Shown: positions 23,989 to 33,074, counted from the stretch's first letter. The stretch: 64,000 nucleotides of DNA from Granulicella sp. (GCA_027339965.1 DAHWNL010000015.1:1-64000); one strand, 5' to 3'. Numbers and translations: made by a program. Notes: generated from the letters alone by a model not told the origin.

Positions 23989-24108
23989 GGCGACGTACCC
24001 CTTTCTTGCAAAATCGAACCTGCCTCTGCCCAAAAATCCATCAGCAGGGTGACTGCTTCTTCGTAGTCATACGTAACGGACGCGTTGTCCTCTGTGTTTG
24101 TGGTCGTA
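23985..24108 (-). pseudogene. 3' remnant of a TumE/DUF6516-like toxin gene
   Basis: YDHKHRGQRVR, then after a frameshift YDYEEAVTLLMDFWAEAGSILQERG*; its stop overlaps the antitoxin ATG (ATGA). Confidence 0.65.
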
Positions 24109-24529
24109 ATTCAATCCATGTGCGGCAGCGGCGGCGATCTCCAGCTCTGGCACGGTCGCCGCGAGCCAAACGCCGAAAGGTTGGCTCTGCGAAAGGATCC
24201 GTAAGGCTGTGCGATCTTTGTACCCATGCTGCGGTCGCAGGAGTCCTTTGCGTGGCGCCTGATCCGGCTGCCAACGCTCCGCCTGAGCCGCCGGAAACTC
24301 TCCGGGAGCAGTTCACCTGAATCTCCGTTGTGGGCCTGGTCAATGCTGCCCGGTGACGCGCCAAGCCGCAAGGAACGCCGGACGAACGCGCGATTCAAAG
24401 CGAATTCAACGGGCCCGGAGCGCACAGCGCATCAACATACGCTGCGATGCCGCCGGTGCCGGTAAGGTCTTAAAATAGCCTCATCCGCTTCGCTGAGGCT
24501 CCATGATCGCTGCCCGAGGTGTTCTGGCT

Positions 24530-25636
24530 ATGAGATCGTCCCCCGCGCTTCTTCTTCTGTTGACGACTCTATGCTTGCCCGGCGGCGCTCAGCCACCCCG
24601 GCCTGCGCAACGACTGGTGCTCATCGACCAGGATGGCTCCGGCCCCGGCGGATCTGACCAGATGTCGATGATGATGCTGTTGCAGTCTCCGGAAATAAAG
24701 GTGCTCGGCATCACGATGGTTACTGGCGACGCCTGGGAACCTGAAGAGGTGCAGCACACCCTGCGCATGCTGGAGCTGATTCACCGCAGCGACGTTCCCG
24801 TGGCGCCCGGCGCGGTCTTTCCGCTGCTGCGCACCCAGGCGCAGACGATGCATCAGGCCGCATCGATCGGCAGTTCCTTTTACTACGGCGCCTGGGGCGG
24901 CCTGGCCCAGCACAGCCCGCAGCCCTACCACGGCCCCTTCGTCATTCCCGCTCTCCGGGAGGGCCAGCCCACCACCCATCCGCTGGACGAGGATGCCGCT
25001 CACTTCCTCATCCGCCAGGTTCACGCCCATCCTCACCAGGTGACCATCTACGCCGCCGGTCCGCTCACCAACATCGCTCTGGCCGTTTCCATCGATCCCC
25101 ACTTCGCTGAGCTGAGCAAAGGAATCGTGATCATGGGTGGCAGCCTCAACCCGCGGACCGATGACCCTGAGTTCGCAGCCGACCCGCGCCACGAGTTCAA
25201 CTTCTGGTTCGATCCCGAGGCGGCGCACATCGTCCTGCGCGCGCATTGGCCGCGCATCGAGCTCACCGACGCCGACATCGCGTTGAAGACCCGCTTCACT
25301 CCGGAGATCCTTCGCCAGATCGGACAGTCGAGCTCACCCGCCGCTCAGTACATCGCCAGGTACAGCCATCGGTTCTACTACCAGTGGGATGAGCTTGCCG
25401 CCGCCGCCTGGCTCGACCCCGCGATCATTACCCGCGAGACCACCCTGTACGTCGACGTGGATACCGCGCCAGGGCCCCACTATGGCGACACGCTTACCTG
25501 GACCGCAGCCAACAAACCTGCGCTCGATGGCTCCGAGGGTCCGATGCAGCCCGTGCATGTGCAGCAGGATCTGGACCTGAAACGCTTCGAAGATCTCTTT
25601 GTGAACCTAATGAAAGCCCCACCCCCGGGCCAGTAG
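24530..25636 (+). CDS. Nucleoside hydrolase (IU-NH family) with signal peptide
   Basis: LIDQDGSGPGGSDQ, AGPLTNIALA, IMGGS, EFNFWFDPEAA, WDELAAA; alternative start at 24503. Confidence 0.88.
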   Translation: MRSSPALLLLLTTLCLPGGAQPPRPAQRLVLIDQDGSGPGGSDQMSMMMLLQSPEIKVLGITMVTGDAWEPEEVQHTLRMLELIHRSDVPVAPGAVFPLLRTQAQTMHQAASIGSSFYYGAWGGLAQHSPQPYHGPFVIPALREGQPTTHPLDEDAAHFLIRQVHAHPHQVTIYAAGPLTNIALAVSIDPHFAELSKGIVIMGGSLNPRTDDPEFAADPRHEFNFWFDPEAAHIVLRAHWPRIELTDADIALKTRFTPEILRQIGQSSSPAAQYIARYSHRFYYQWDELAAAAWLDPAIITRETTLYVDVDTAPGPHYGDTLTWTAANKPALDGSEGPMQPVHVQQDLDLKRFEDLFVNLMKAPPPGQ

Positions 25637-25720
25637 ATCGCTCTTCAGCCGAACGCCCGGCGCGGGGCTTTTTCCTCCGTAGCTCTTCGGGGCCGAGGAG
25701 GCGGCTTCAAAGCAGCCCGG

Positions 25721-25908
25721 ATATCCAGGATGTCTGCACAGACCATACACAGGATTCTCGCGGGCAATGCACAGGATTCTCGGAGTCAATGAGCAGCATT
25801 TCCGCAGGTCCATCCACAGCTTCCTCACAGGCCTGCCCACAAGTTACGCACAGGTCTCGCACGGCTTCCCCACCGGCTTCCCACAGATTTGTACCCAGGA
25901 TTTCCAAA
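25721..25908 (+). repeat. Array of about 16 co-oriented 11-12-bp units with degenerate DnaA-box-like 9-mers
   Basis: GTCTGCACA 25732, CCATACACA 25743, CAATGCACA 25765, ATTTCCGCA 25798, CCATCCACA 25810, TTCCTCACA 25821, CTGCCCACA 25833, TTACGCACA 25844, TCTCGCACG 25855, TTCCCCACC 25866, CTTCCCACA 25877. Confidence 0.7.
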
Positions 25909-25930
25909 AGCAGCGGCCGTACCCTTCCCG

Positions 25931-25954
25931 GGTCTACAGGTCTACGGGTCTATA
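25931..25954. repeat. Three tandem 8-mers overlapping the stop codon of the DprE2-like gene
   Basis: GGTCTACA GGTCTACG GGTCTATA. Confidence 0.8.
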
Positions 25955-26900
25955 GGTTCAGTTTCTTGAAGACCCGCTCCGGAATGGCCCGGATGACTGC
26001 CATGATGATCCTCCAGATCCCTGGAACGTAGACGATATCCTTGCCCCGGTCGATCGCCTTCACCAAGGTGGAAGCCACAGCCTCCACATCGGCAAACTTC
26101 TCGCTACCCTTCATCGCCTCGGTCATCGCCGTCTTCACCGGGCCGGGCTTGATCGTCATCACCCGCACGCCATCGCGGTCGATGCGGTTGCGCAGACCAT
26201 CCACAAACGCTGTCAAGCCCGCCTTGGAGCTTCCATAGACGTAGTTGGAGCGGCGTCCTCGTTCGCCGGCGACCGAACTAAGCACGGCCAGCGTTCCCGC
26301 GTGGCGCTGCGCCGTATAGTTTGCCAGCCACGTGAGTAGGCTCACCGGAGCCGTCAAGTTGGTGTGCAGAATCTGATGGGCTGCAGAAAAACTGCGCTCG
26401 GCCTGGCTTTGCTCGCCCAGCACCCCCATCGCCAGAAAGGCCACATCCAGCCCGCCCAGCCCGTTGATGGCGTGCGCCAGCAGCTCCGGGTGCGCCGCCG
26501 TATCATCCAGGTCCGCCACCGCGCTACCCACAGAAGAGGCCCCGCGTGTGCGCGCATCCGCCGCGACCGCAGCCAGCCGGTCCGGGTTCCGCGCCACCAG
26601 ATACAGGGCATCCCCACGCTGGGCCCACTGGCGAATGCAGGCCTCCGCGATTCCCGAGGTCGCGCCCAGCACCAGAATCTTGCGCGCCGTATGCCGAGCG
26701 TCTTCCACCTGCTCCCGGACGCTGCGCAAGGCCAGAGGCTGTTCGGGGGCGAGCTGCGCACGCTGCGGACCGGTGGCGCCGCTGACCACAGCGGCCCAGT
26801 CCTCCGCACGCACGACGGGCGCAGGCTGAGAGCCGGTTGCCGGATCCTGCATGGCCGGATCCTGGATGGCTTTGGTTGGGTTTTGACCGTCTAGGCTCAT
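25950..26900 (-). CDS. DprE2-like short-chain reductase (prenyl-phospho-2-ketopentose reductase)
   Basis: LGATSGIA, SSVAGERGRRSNYVYGSSKAG, KPGPVKT; ATGA-coupled to the DprE1-like gene; ~70-aa N-terminal extension. Confidence 0.8.
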   Translation of the reverse strand: MSLDGQNPTKAIQDPAMQDPATGSQPAPVVRAEDWAAVVSGATGPQRAQLAPEQPLALRSVREQVEDARHTARKILVLGATSGIAEACIRQWAQRGDALYLVARNPDRLAAVAADARTRGASSVGSAVADLDDTAAHPELLAHAINGLGGLDVAFLAMGVLGEQSQAERSFSAAHQILHTNLTAPVSLLTWLANYTAQRHAGTLAVLSSVAGERGRRSNYVYGSSKAGLTAFVDGLRNRIDRDGVRVMTIKPGPVKTAMTEAMKGSEKFADVEAVASTLVKAIDRGKDIVYVPGIWRIIMAVIRAIPERVFKKLNL

Positions 26901-28300
26901 CGTCCACTTCCTCCCACGCCAAGCCGCCCGCCGATCACTCGCTCCCAGAAGCTGGAGGTCAACGCCGGATCCTTGAAGCGCGCAAAGCGCTCCCACTGTG
27001 GGTAAAAGGCCTGGAACTGGGCTGAGGTCATGCGCGCGTCCTTGGCTGGATACAGCCGTCCGCCGAACTCGCGCGTCATCTCCGCGAGGCGATCAAACAG
27101 GGCGAAGCTCTTCTCCGGCTTGATGGGAAAGTCCAGCGCCAGGGTAATCCCAGGCTTGGGAAAGCTCATCATCCCCGGCGAGGGCACGTCACCAAAGGCC
27201 TTCAGCACAGCCAGAAAGCTGGCCATGCCGGACTTCGCGACCTCGAACAGGATCGCAACCGTTCCTTCCTTCGCGTGCTCCCACGGAATCACATACTGGA
27301 ACTGTAAAAGACCTCGCTTGCCATACATCCGGTTCCACTTCAGCACCGCATCCAGCGGATAGAAGAAAGGCTCGTAGTCCGACAGCGCGCTCACCCGCTT
27401 CTTCATCTGCTTGTGAAAGAAGAGCGTATTGAAAGCCCCCACGCTCAGCCGATTCAGCGCGAACCCCGGCAGGTCCATGGGGAAGACCAGCTTCGGCTTG
27501 GGAGAAGGCTTCAACGGCGACGGAGCCTGAGAGTGGTCACCCTGCATGAAGATGCCCCGGCAGAAGTTCTTCCCCGTAGCGGTCACATCCACCCAACTCA
27601 CCGTGTACTCGACGTGCGCGGCCTGCGAACTCATATCCAGAAATTCATCGATGCCATGGAACTGAGTCCCCTGATAGTCGATCATCCGGCTCACGATCGG
27701 CTTCAGCCGGATCTGCGCCCAGGGGATGACGCCCGTCAAGCCCATGCCCGCGATGGTCGCCTCGAAGTAGTCGGGGTGGCTGGTCGGAGAGCAGAGCATC
27801 CGGCGGCCGTCGGATCGCACCAGTTCAAACTGCGTGACGTGGCAGCCAAAGGTCCCGGATCGATGATGGTTTTTCCCATGGATGTCGTTGGCGATCGCCC
27901 CACCCAGCGTGACATACTTGGTTCCCGGCGTTACGGGAAGAAAGTATCCCCGCGGCACGGCGAAGTCCAGGATCTGGGCCAGCGTGATCCCTGTCTCGGC
28001 GGTCAGCAGCCCGGTGGCCGGATCAAAGTCCAGCAGGCGGTCCATCGTGGTGGTCTGCAGCAGCGTGCCATCCTTCAGCAGGCACACATCGCCATAGCTT
28101 CTGCCCATTCCGACGGCCAGGGCGCCGTGATGCACGCCGTCAATGGCGCGTGGGTAGTCTCCCTGCCAGTGCAGATGCTTCAACTCCGCGCCGTAAGCGG
28201 GATAGCGTCCCCAGGATTCAAAAGGTGGAGGACCATCCGTTTTGCGGCCGGACTCCGCCGGCTGCGGAGGGTTGAAATCAAGTTCCACGGGAGTGGGCAT
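26897..28300 (-). CDS. DprE1-like FAD-linked oxidoreductase (prenyl-phosphoribose 2'-oxidase)
   Basis: GMGRSYGD, PVTPGTKYVTLGGAIANDIHGKNHH, FFYPLD, YGKRGLLQFQ, TLALDFP, RLYPAKDAR. Confidence 0.85.
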   Translation of the reverse strand: MPTPVELDFNPPQPAESGRKTDGPPPFESWGRYPAYGAELKHLHWQGDYPRAIDGVHHGALAVGMGRSYGDVCLLKDGTLLQTTTMDRLLDFDPATGLLTAETGITLAQILDFAVPRGYFLPVTPGTKYVTLGGAIANDIHGKNHHRSGTFGCHVTQFELVRSDGRRMLCSPTSHPDYFEATIAGMGLTGVIPWAQIRLKPIVSRMIDYQGTQFHGIDEFLDMSSQAAHVEYTVSWVDVTATGKNFCRGIFMQGDHSQAPSPLKPSPKPKLVFPMDLPGFALNRLSVGAFNTLFFHKQMKKRVSALSDYEPFFYPLDAVLKWNRMYGKRGLLQFQYVIPWEHAKEGTVAILFEVAKSGMASFLAVLKAFGDVPSPGMMSFPKPGITLALDFPIKPEKSFALFDRLAEMTREFGGRLYPAKDARMTSAQFQAFYPQWERFARFKDPALTSSFWERVIGGRLGVGGSGR

Positions 28301-28444
28301 GCCTACAGGATAGAGCATGCCTTTGGCTCGACACAGGCCGGGAAGAGATACCCGGCTGGCGGAGCTGATTCCGGCCGGCGAAGACCAGCGCTGCGCTGGC
28401 TCACGGGGATGGACTGTCCAGGTCCCCCTGCCGTCCTTTGCCAC

Positions 28445-29203
28445 TCAGCTTTTTACAAAGGAATCGTTCAACCTCCGAAAGACAGCGTCGAACCGGCCGC
28501 TCTCAGTGGCATAGCGCAGGCCATGCACGCTCTTTACGCAGATTTCGGCCGGCGTCGGTTCAGCGTTAAGCAGCTCCATGGTCTCGGCGATGAACTTCGT
28601 CAAAGGCATCGCCCGGGGGTCTTCCGCTCCGCCCATCAAGTCCGTCTGCACGTAGGGTGGAATCAGCTCCAGCACTTCGACCTCGGTGTCCTTCAACTGG
28701 TAGCGCAACGAGCAGGTGTAGGAGTGGAGAGCCGCCTTGGTGGCACTGTAGACCGGAGTCAGCGCCAACGGGACGAAGGCCAGACCCGAGCTTACGTTCA
28801 TGACGGTGGCGCTGGGCTGGCTGCGCAGCAGCGGCAGCAGAGCCGCAGTGAGACGTATCGGGCCCAGCAGGTTGGTTCGCACCATCGCCTCGGCATCTTC
28901 CAGCTCTACTGCATCCGCCAGCAGATTCTCCGTGCGCATGATGCCCGCGTTGTTCACCAGCACGTTCAGTCCCGGGAACTCCGCCGCAACTTGGATCGCA
29001 AGTCCCCGGATCGCCGAGGGATCTTCGATGTCCAGCGAAAAGAAGCGCATGCCCGGATTGGCCTCTGCCGTCTCCTTCAGCACGCCGCTGCGCCGCCCGG
29101 CGATCAGGACCTGGTTGCCCTGCCGGTGCAGCGCCTCCGCAAGCCCCCGCCCGATGCCTGAGCCTCCGCCGGTGATCAAGATCGTGTTTCCCTTTGCCCT
29201 CAT
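28445..29203 (-). CDS. SDR oxidoreductase (DltE-like)
   Basis: TGGGSGIG, NNAG, SSGLAFVP, YSATKAA, PPYVQT. Confidence 0.88.
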   Translation of the reverse strand: MRAKGNTILITGGGSGIGRGLAEALHRQGNQVLIAGRRSGVLKETAEANPGMRFFSLDIEDPSAIRGLAIQVAAEFPGLNVLVNNAGIMRTENLLADAVELEDAEAMVRTNLLGPIRLTAALLPLLRSQPSATVMNVSSGLAFVPLALTPVYSATKAALHSYTCSLRYQLKDTEVEVLELIPPYVQTDLMGGAEDPRAMPLTKFIAETMELLNAEPTPAEICVKSVHGLRYATESGRFDAVFRRLNDSFVKS

Positions 29204-29337
29204 CGTTGCATCTCCTCGATCGGTTCTGGATCTTCCTCAGAGATAGCTTAGGGGTGTACCTTGCTTTTGGGAAGTGGGCGCCCTTTTGTCGATCCCATCC
29301 CTCACGGAAAACAGGAGCGGCCGCAGGAGGTTCGCTG

Positions 29338-29880
29338 ATGAAGAAGGAGAAAAAGCACAAGAAGGCAAAGAAGAAACACTCCTCGGGCCATGCCGCTCCC
29401 GCCGCAGTCATGCATGCTCCCTCCACGCCCCAGGCGGCCCGATCTTCCACCCGGGGTCAGGGCGGCTTCGATACCCCCCGCCGGGCTCTTGCACGCGAGG
29501 TCGTTGAGCTCGTCGCCGACAAGCGGACCGTCGTTGTGCTTGAAGTTCTTGCCGAGCACGGCGTGGTGCGATTCAGCCAGCTTGGCAAACTGGCCGGAGG
29601 AGTGAGCCAGAAGGTGCTAACCAAAGCGCTTCGCCAGATGGAGAGCGATGGTCTGGTCCGGCGCATGGCTCTTCCTGTCATACCGCCGCATGTGGAGTAT
29701 CAGCTTACCCAGCTCGGCGAGGGCTTGGGGCAGGCGTTTGGCGGCGTCTGGGAGTGGGCGGAGGCAAACGGCGATGCAGTGAAGAATGCCCGCGCAGAGT
29801 TTCGCGCCACGTCATCCGCCGGCCGCGGTCATGAAGATCCTGAACCGGGAGTACCCGGCCATCGAAAGACGAAAGAATAG
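29338..29880 (+). CDS. HxlR-family winged-helix regulator with a Lys/His-rich N-terminal tail
   Basis: AGGAGG then ATG; RFSQL...VSQKVLTKALRQMESDGLV...PPHVEYQLT; divergent from the SDR gene. Confidence 0.85.
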   Translation: MKKEKKHKKAKKKHSSGHAAPAAVMHAPSTPQAARSSTRGQGGFDTPRRALAREVVELVADKRTVVVLEVLAEHGVVRFSQLGKLAGGVSQKVLTKALRQMESDGLVRRMALPVIPPHVEYQLTQLGEGLGQAFGGVWEWAEANGDAVKNARAEFRATSSAGRGHEDPEPGVPGHRKTKE

Positions 29881-30302
29881 AGAAACGCTCAAGGCCGGCA
29901 GAACCGTTGCGCGGAGGAGACGCACGCATCGCCTCAGCAGATCTCAAACCGGCTGACAGCACGCGCCTTCCGTCCGGGCACATCCTTGGGGGGCGAAGCT
30001 CCTCCGGGCGTTGAATTCCCTTCCGAGCGCCTTGAGGAGGCTTTGGGATCCTCTGTTTGGGTCATTGCAATTGTTGAGCTCATCATCGCGCGGGCCAAAC
30101 CATGGGAAACCCTGCTCGTCCGTATGGGATAGCCGGTTCGAACCCGCTAGCCGTGAGCCGGCCTGCGCTGCAAACAGCAGCAGATGCCGGAGCCGCAAGC
30201 GGAGAGGAGCCAGCCACCTCATCATGGGCGAAATTGCTCGGAGCGCTCAGGAAGGTCAAATGTGCAAAAACGGCTGATTGCCCCGCGACACGAAGAGCAC
30301 TC

Positions 30303-31529
30303 CTATCTCTGGATGTAGCGTGGAGAAGGGATGCGAACCAGAAGAATATCGTGACTGTCGATTTCCAGAGGCATGCCATCAGTCAGCGAGATCGGCTCGC
30401 CGGTCCACAGGTTCTTACCTTGCTGCCGTCCCTGCAAATGAAGCCTTGACAGATTGAGGTGAAACGGGTGCGTGGAATAGCGTTGGGAACCAGCATTCAG
30501 CACCGCAATCGCCAGGCCGCCACCCTCCAGCCGACGCGTCCACACTTCGACCTCGCCGTCGGTATAGGCACGCCTGGCCTGCTGTCCGAGCTTGTCCTGG
30601 TCAATGGCAATCACATCCCGGTTGGTGAGAATCGACTGTACCGACGGGGTCATCGTGGCCAGATCATTGCCCGCGATCAGGGGGGCAGCCAGCATGGCCC
30701 ACATGGAGAAGTGAGAGCGATTCTCGGCCAGAGATAGTTGGCCGTTGCCGACTTCCAGCATGTCGGGATCGTTCCAATGTCCAGCGCCGGAATACTTTGC
30801 GAGCCCCGACTGCTGGCTAAGGATGGTATAGATTCGATCCCAGCGCGGCTTAATGTCGCCGGTGGTCCGCCACAGGTTTCCACCCACCGATGGCGCCCAC
30901 TCCCAGACAGCGTCCATGCCGTACTGACAGAGAGAGAAGACAATGGGCCTTCCGGTTCGCTGCAGCGCAACGTGCATCTTTCCGTAGGCATCTTCCATCA
31001 GCCGCATCCTCTCCGCCGGATCGTTTGGCGCCTGCTTCTGCATCACGCCGTGAAAGCTGCACAGATCGTACTTGAGATAATCGATACCCCACTTCGCGTA
31101 GGTGTCGGCATCCTGCTGAACATGGCCATAGCTGCCCTCATAGCCGGCGCAGGTTTTGGGGCCCGGAGACGAGTAGATGCCGAGCATCAAGCCCTTGGAA
31201 TGGACATAATCCGCGAGGGCCTTCATATCGGGAAACTTGCTGTTGGAGTGAATGACCCCCTGCGCATCGCGCTGGCCCTCCCAGGTGTCATCAATGTTGA
31301 TGTATCTATAGCCTGCATCCCGCATGCCGCTGGAGACCATGAAATCGGCGGCAGCGCGAATGTCAGCGTCAGTCACCCTGCGCGCGAAGTAATTCCAGCT
31401 ATTCCAGCCCATGGGAGGGGTTGCGGCGAGCGCGACGGAGCTAGCATTGGTCTGAGCCCCTGCCTTCGGCGCGATGGCAGTCAGGAGGAACGACAGAAGA
31501 AGTAGCGGCAGAAAGCGAATTGAATACAT
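30303..31529 (-). CDS. GH27 alpha-galactosidase, secreted
   Basis: TPPMGWNSWN, IDDTW, YLKYDLC, WRTTGD, WNDPDMLEVG; signal peptide. Confidence 0.93.
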   Translation of the reverse strand: MYSIRFLPLLLLSFLLTAIAPKAGAQTNASSVALAATPPMGWNSWNYFARRVTDADIRAAADFMVSSGMRDAGYRYINIDDTWEGQRDAQGVIHSNSKFPDMKALADYVHSKGLMLGIYSSPGPKTCAGYEGSYGHVQQDADTYAKWGIDYLKYDLCSFHGVMQKQAPNDPAERMRLMEDAYGKMHVALQRTGRPIVFSLCQYGMDAVWEWAPSVGGNLWRTTGDIKPRWDRIYTILSQQSGLAKYSGAGHWNDPDMLEVGNGQLSLAENRSHFSMWAMLAAPLIAGNDLATMTPSVQSILTNRDVIAIDQDKLGQQARRAYTDGEVEVWTRRLEGGGLAIAVLNAGSQRYSTHPFHLNLSRLHLQGRQQGKNLWTGEPISLTDGMPLEIDSHDILLVRIPSPRYIQR

Positions 31530-31588
31530 CTTGGGATCTCCTCAGAAAGCAAGCTCTTGTCCAGGCGGACGGTTAACTTATCCATTCC

Positions 31589-31968
31589 ATGCTGATTGCG
31601 ATAGCAAGCGGCTTGCTCCGCGCCGTCGAGTTGCATCAGCCAATCAAAATCCAGGACGTCGAGAGTGCGCACCGCGCAGCCGTCCCAGGCCGCCCTGAGA
31701 TAGATCAACGGGTCATTGAGCGCTTTGCGCCGCTCGTTCTTGAGTGGTGTCGCAGCCGTCCCAGGAGCCCCGCAAGGACGCCGGCCTCCCGCCATACATC
31801 CCTATCTGGCGAGACTATGCGATGTTCCAGTGTCTGGTCAATCGACTCGGTGGCCTTGTGAACCCTGTCACCATTGATCTTGCCCCCGCAAAACAGGCCT
31901 TTCCATGGATTTCGTGGGTAGCCGAAGGCGAAGCAAGAAGTATGGAGGCGGCGCTTAGCCTGGCGTGA
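31589..31968 (+). pseudogene. Possible frameshifted gene fragment of unknown family
   Basis: Two overlapping protein-like frames (MLIAIASGLL...LVLEWC; ...PPYIPIWRDYAMFQCLVNRL...) that join near 31760. Confidence 0.3.
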
Positions 31969-32114
31969 GATGCTCGAACCAGGATGCTGGTGGCCTTCCT
32001 TGGCTCAGGTATGTTCGGTGTAGGTGTAGAGGGCACCATCGACTTCGATGGGCGTTTTCCATGACAATCGGGATCCACGGCGGGCTTGCCCGCTCCATTG
32101 CCACCCACGCCGCC

Positions 32115-33074
32115 TCAATGGCACATCTTCGCCAACTGGTCCTCTGGTTCGTTGGCGTCGGGCAGATTGACGTTGCGAACTTGTGCCTCCAGTTCGAGCA
32201 GCAGCCCTCCGCCCGGATAGGCCACCTTGGGATCGACGTTGTACGCTGGGTCCGACTCCGCCTGCGGCAGCGTGACAAACTCGAAACCTCGTTGCCGGAA
32301 TAACGCAATCAGCCGGGGCAGCATCCTGGCGTCGAACGCTCCCACATGCAGCAGCAGCACATAAGGAATATCGCGCCCGTAGAGCTGGTGCGAGAGGGTC
32401 CGCGAGTAGGTGACGAACTCATCGGCTGTAGCCAGATAACTGCTGGCCAGCGACTCGATTGCGGCATCGTCCTTCTTGACTGCGCAGCGCGCATAGGCGT
32501 CGTTCCAAAGGTAATCGCCAAAGTCGATGGTGACCTCCGCAATCCGATAGTGATGGTCAATAAGATAAGAGCGCACCGCTTCGCGTTTGGCCACCGTATT
32601 TCCCTCCTCCAGATAAGGGAAGCGGAACCAGCGCCAATCACCCTTAGGGTCCACCTTCTCCAGCAAGGGCTCGTTCTCGGCGATGTTGTGGATATACCTG
32701 GCCGCAGATTCCTTGTCCAGCTCGGGATGCGACCAGGTGTGGTTTCCCAGAGCGTCTCCGGCAGCGATCCACTCCGTCAGCAGCTCGGTCTGGTAGGGGT
32801 ACTCCGCCGTGCGGAACCCGTTCACAAAGCCGTAGGTCTGCGGCATGTGGTTCTCCCGGAGCACTTTGAGGATGGTCCGGATCGGCTCAGGCCGGTACTC
32901 GCCGGGCGGCAGCGGCCCATGCGCCGGCAGGTCATCGAAGGTGAAGGCAACCTGCAGAGGAGCTGGCTTCGGGGTCTTTTGGGCCTGCAAGCCTCCGGGC
33001 CAAAGGGTCAGCAGAAACAGACTCCAAAAGGGGAAGAGAACCGGACGAAGGCTCTCGGGCAAGACAGACTTCAT
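32115..33074 (-). CDS. CE4 polysaccharide deacetylase, exported
   Basis: TFDDLP, GNHTWSH, FRFPY and LLLH motifs; signal peptide. Confidence 0.88.
   Translation of the reverse strand: MKSVLPESLRPVLFPFWSLFLLTLWPGGLQAQKTPKPAPLQVAFTFDDLPAHGPLPPGEYRPEPIRTILKVLRENHMPQTYGFVNGFRTAEYPYQTELLTEWIAAGDALGNHTWSHPELDKESAARYIHNIAENEPLLEKVDPKGDWRWFRFPYLEEGNTVAKREAVRSYLIDHHYRIAEVTIDFGDYLWNDAYARCAVKKDDAAIESLASSYLATADEFVTYSRTLSHQLYGRDIPYVLLLHVGAFDARMLPRLIALFRQRGFEFVTLPQAESDPAYNVDPKVAYPGGGLLLELEAQVRNVNLPDANEPEDQLAKMCH

Noticed and set aside
25721..25908. CRISPR array interpretation of the repeat region
   Set aside because: Units are 11-12 bp, degenerate and contiguous, with no unique spacers and no cas genes
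30129..30150. GGTTCGAACCC T-loop-like hairpin suggesting a tRNA
   Set aside because: No acceptor, D or anticodon arms could be built around it
29944..30225. 93-aa minus-strand ORF downstream of GH27
   Set aside because: No recognisable motif or clear RBS; cannot be supported without a search
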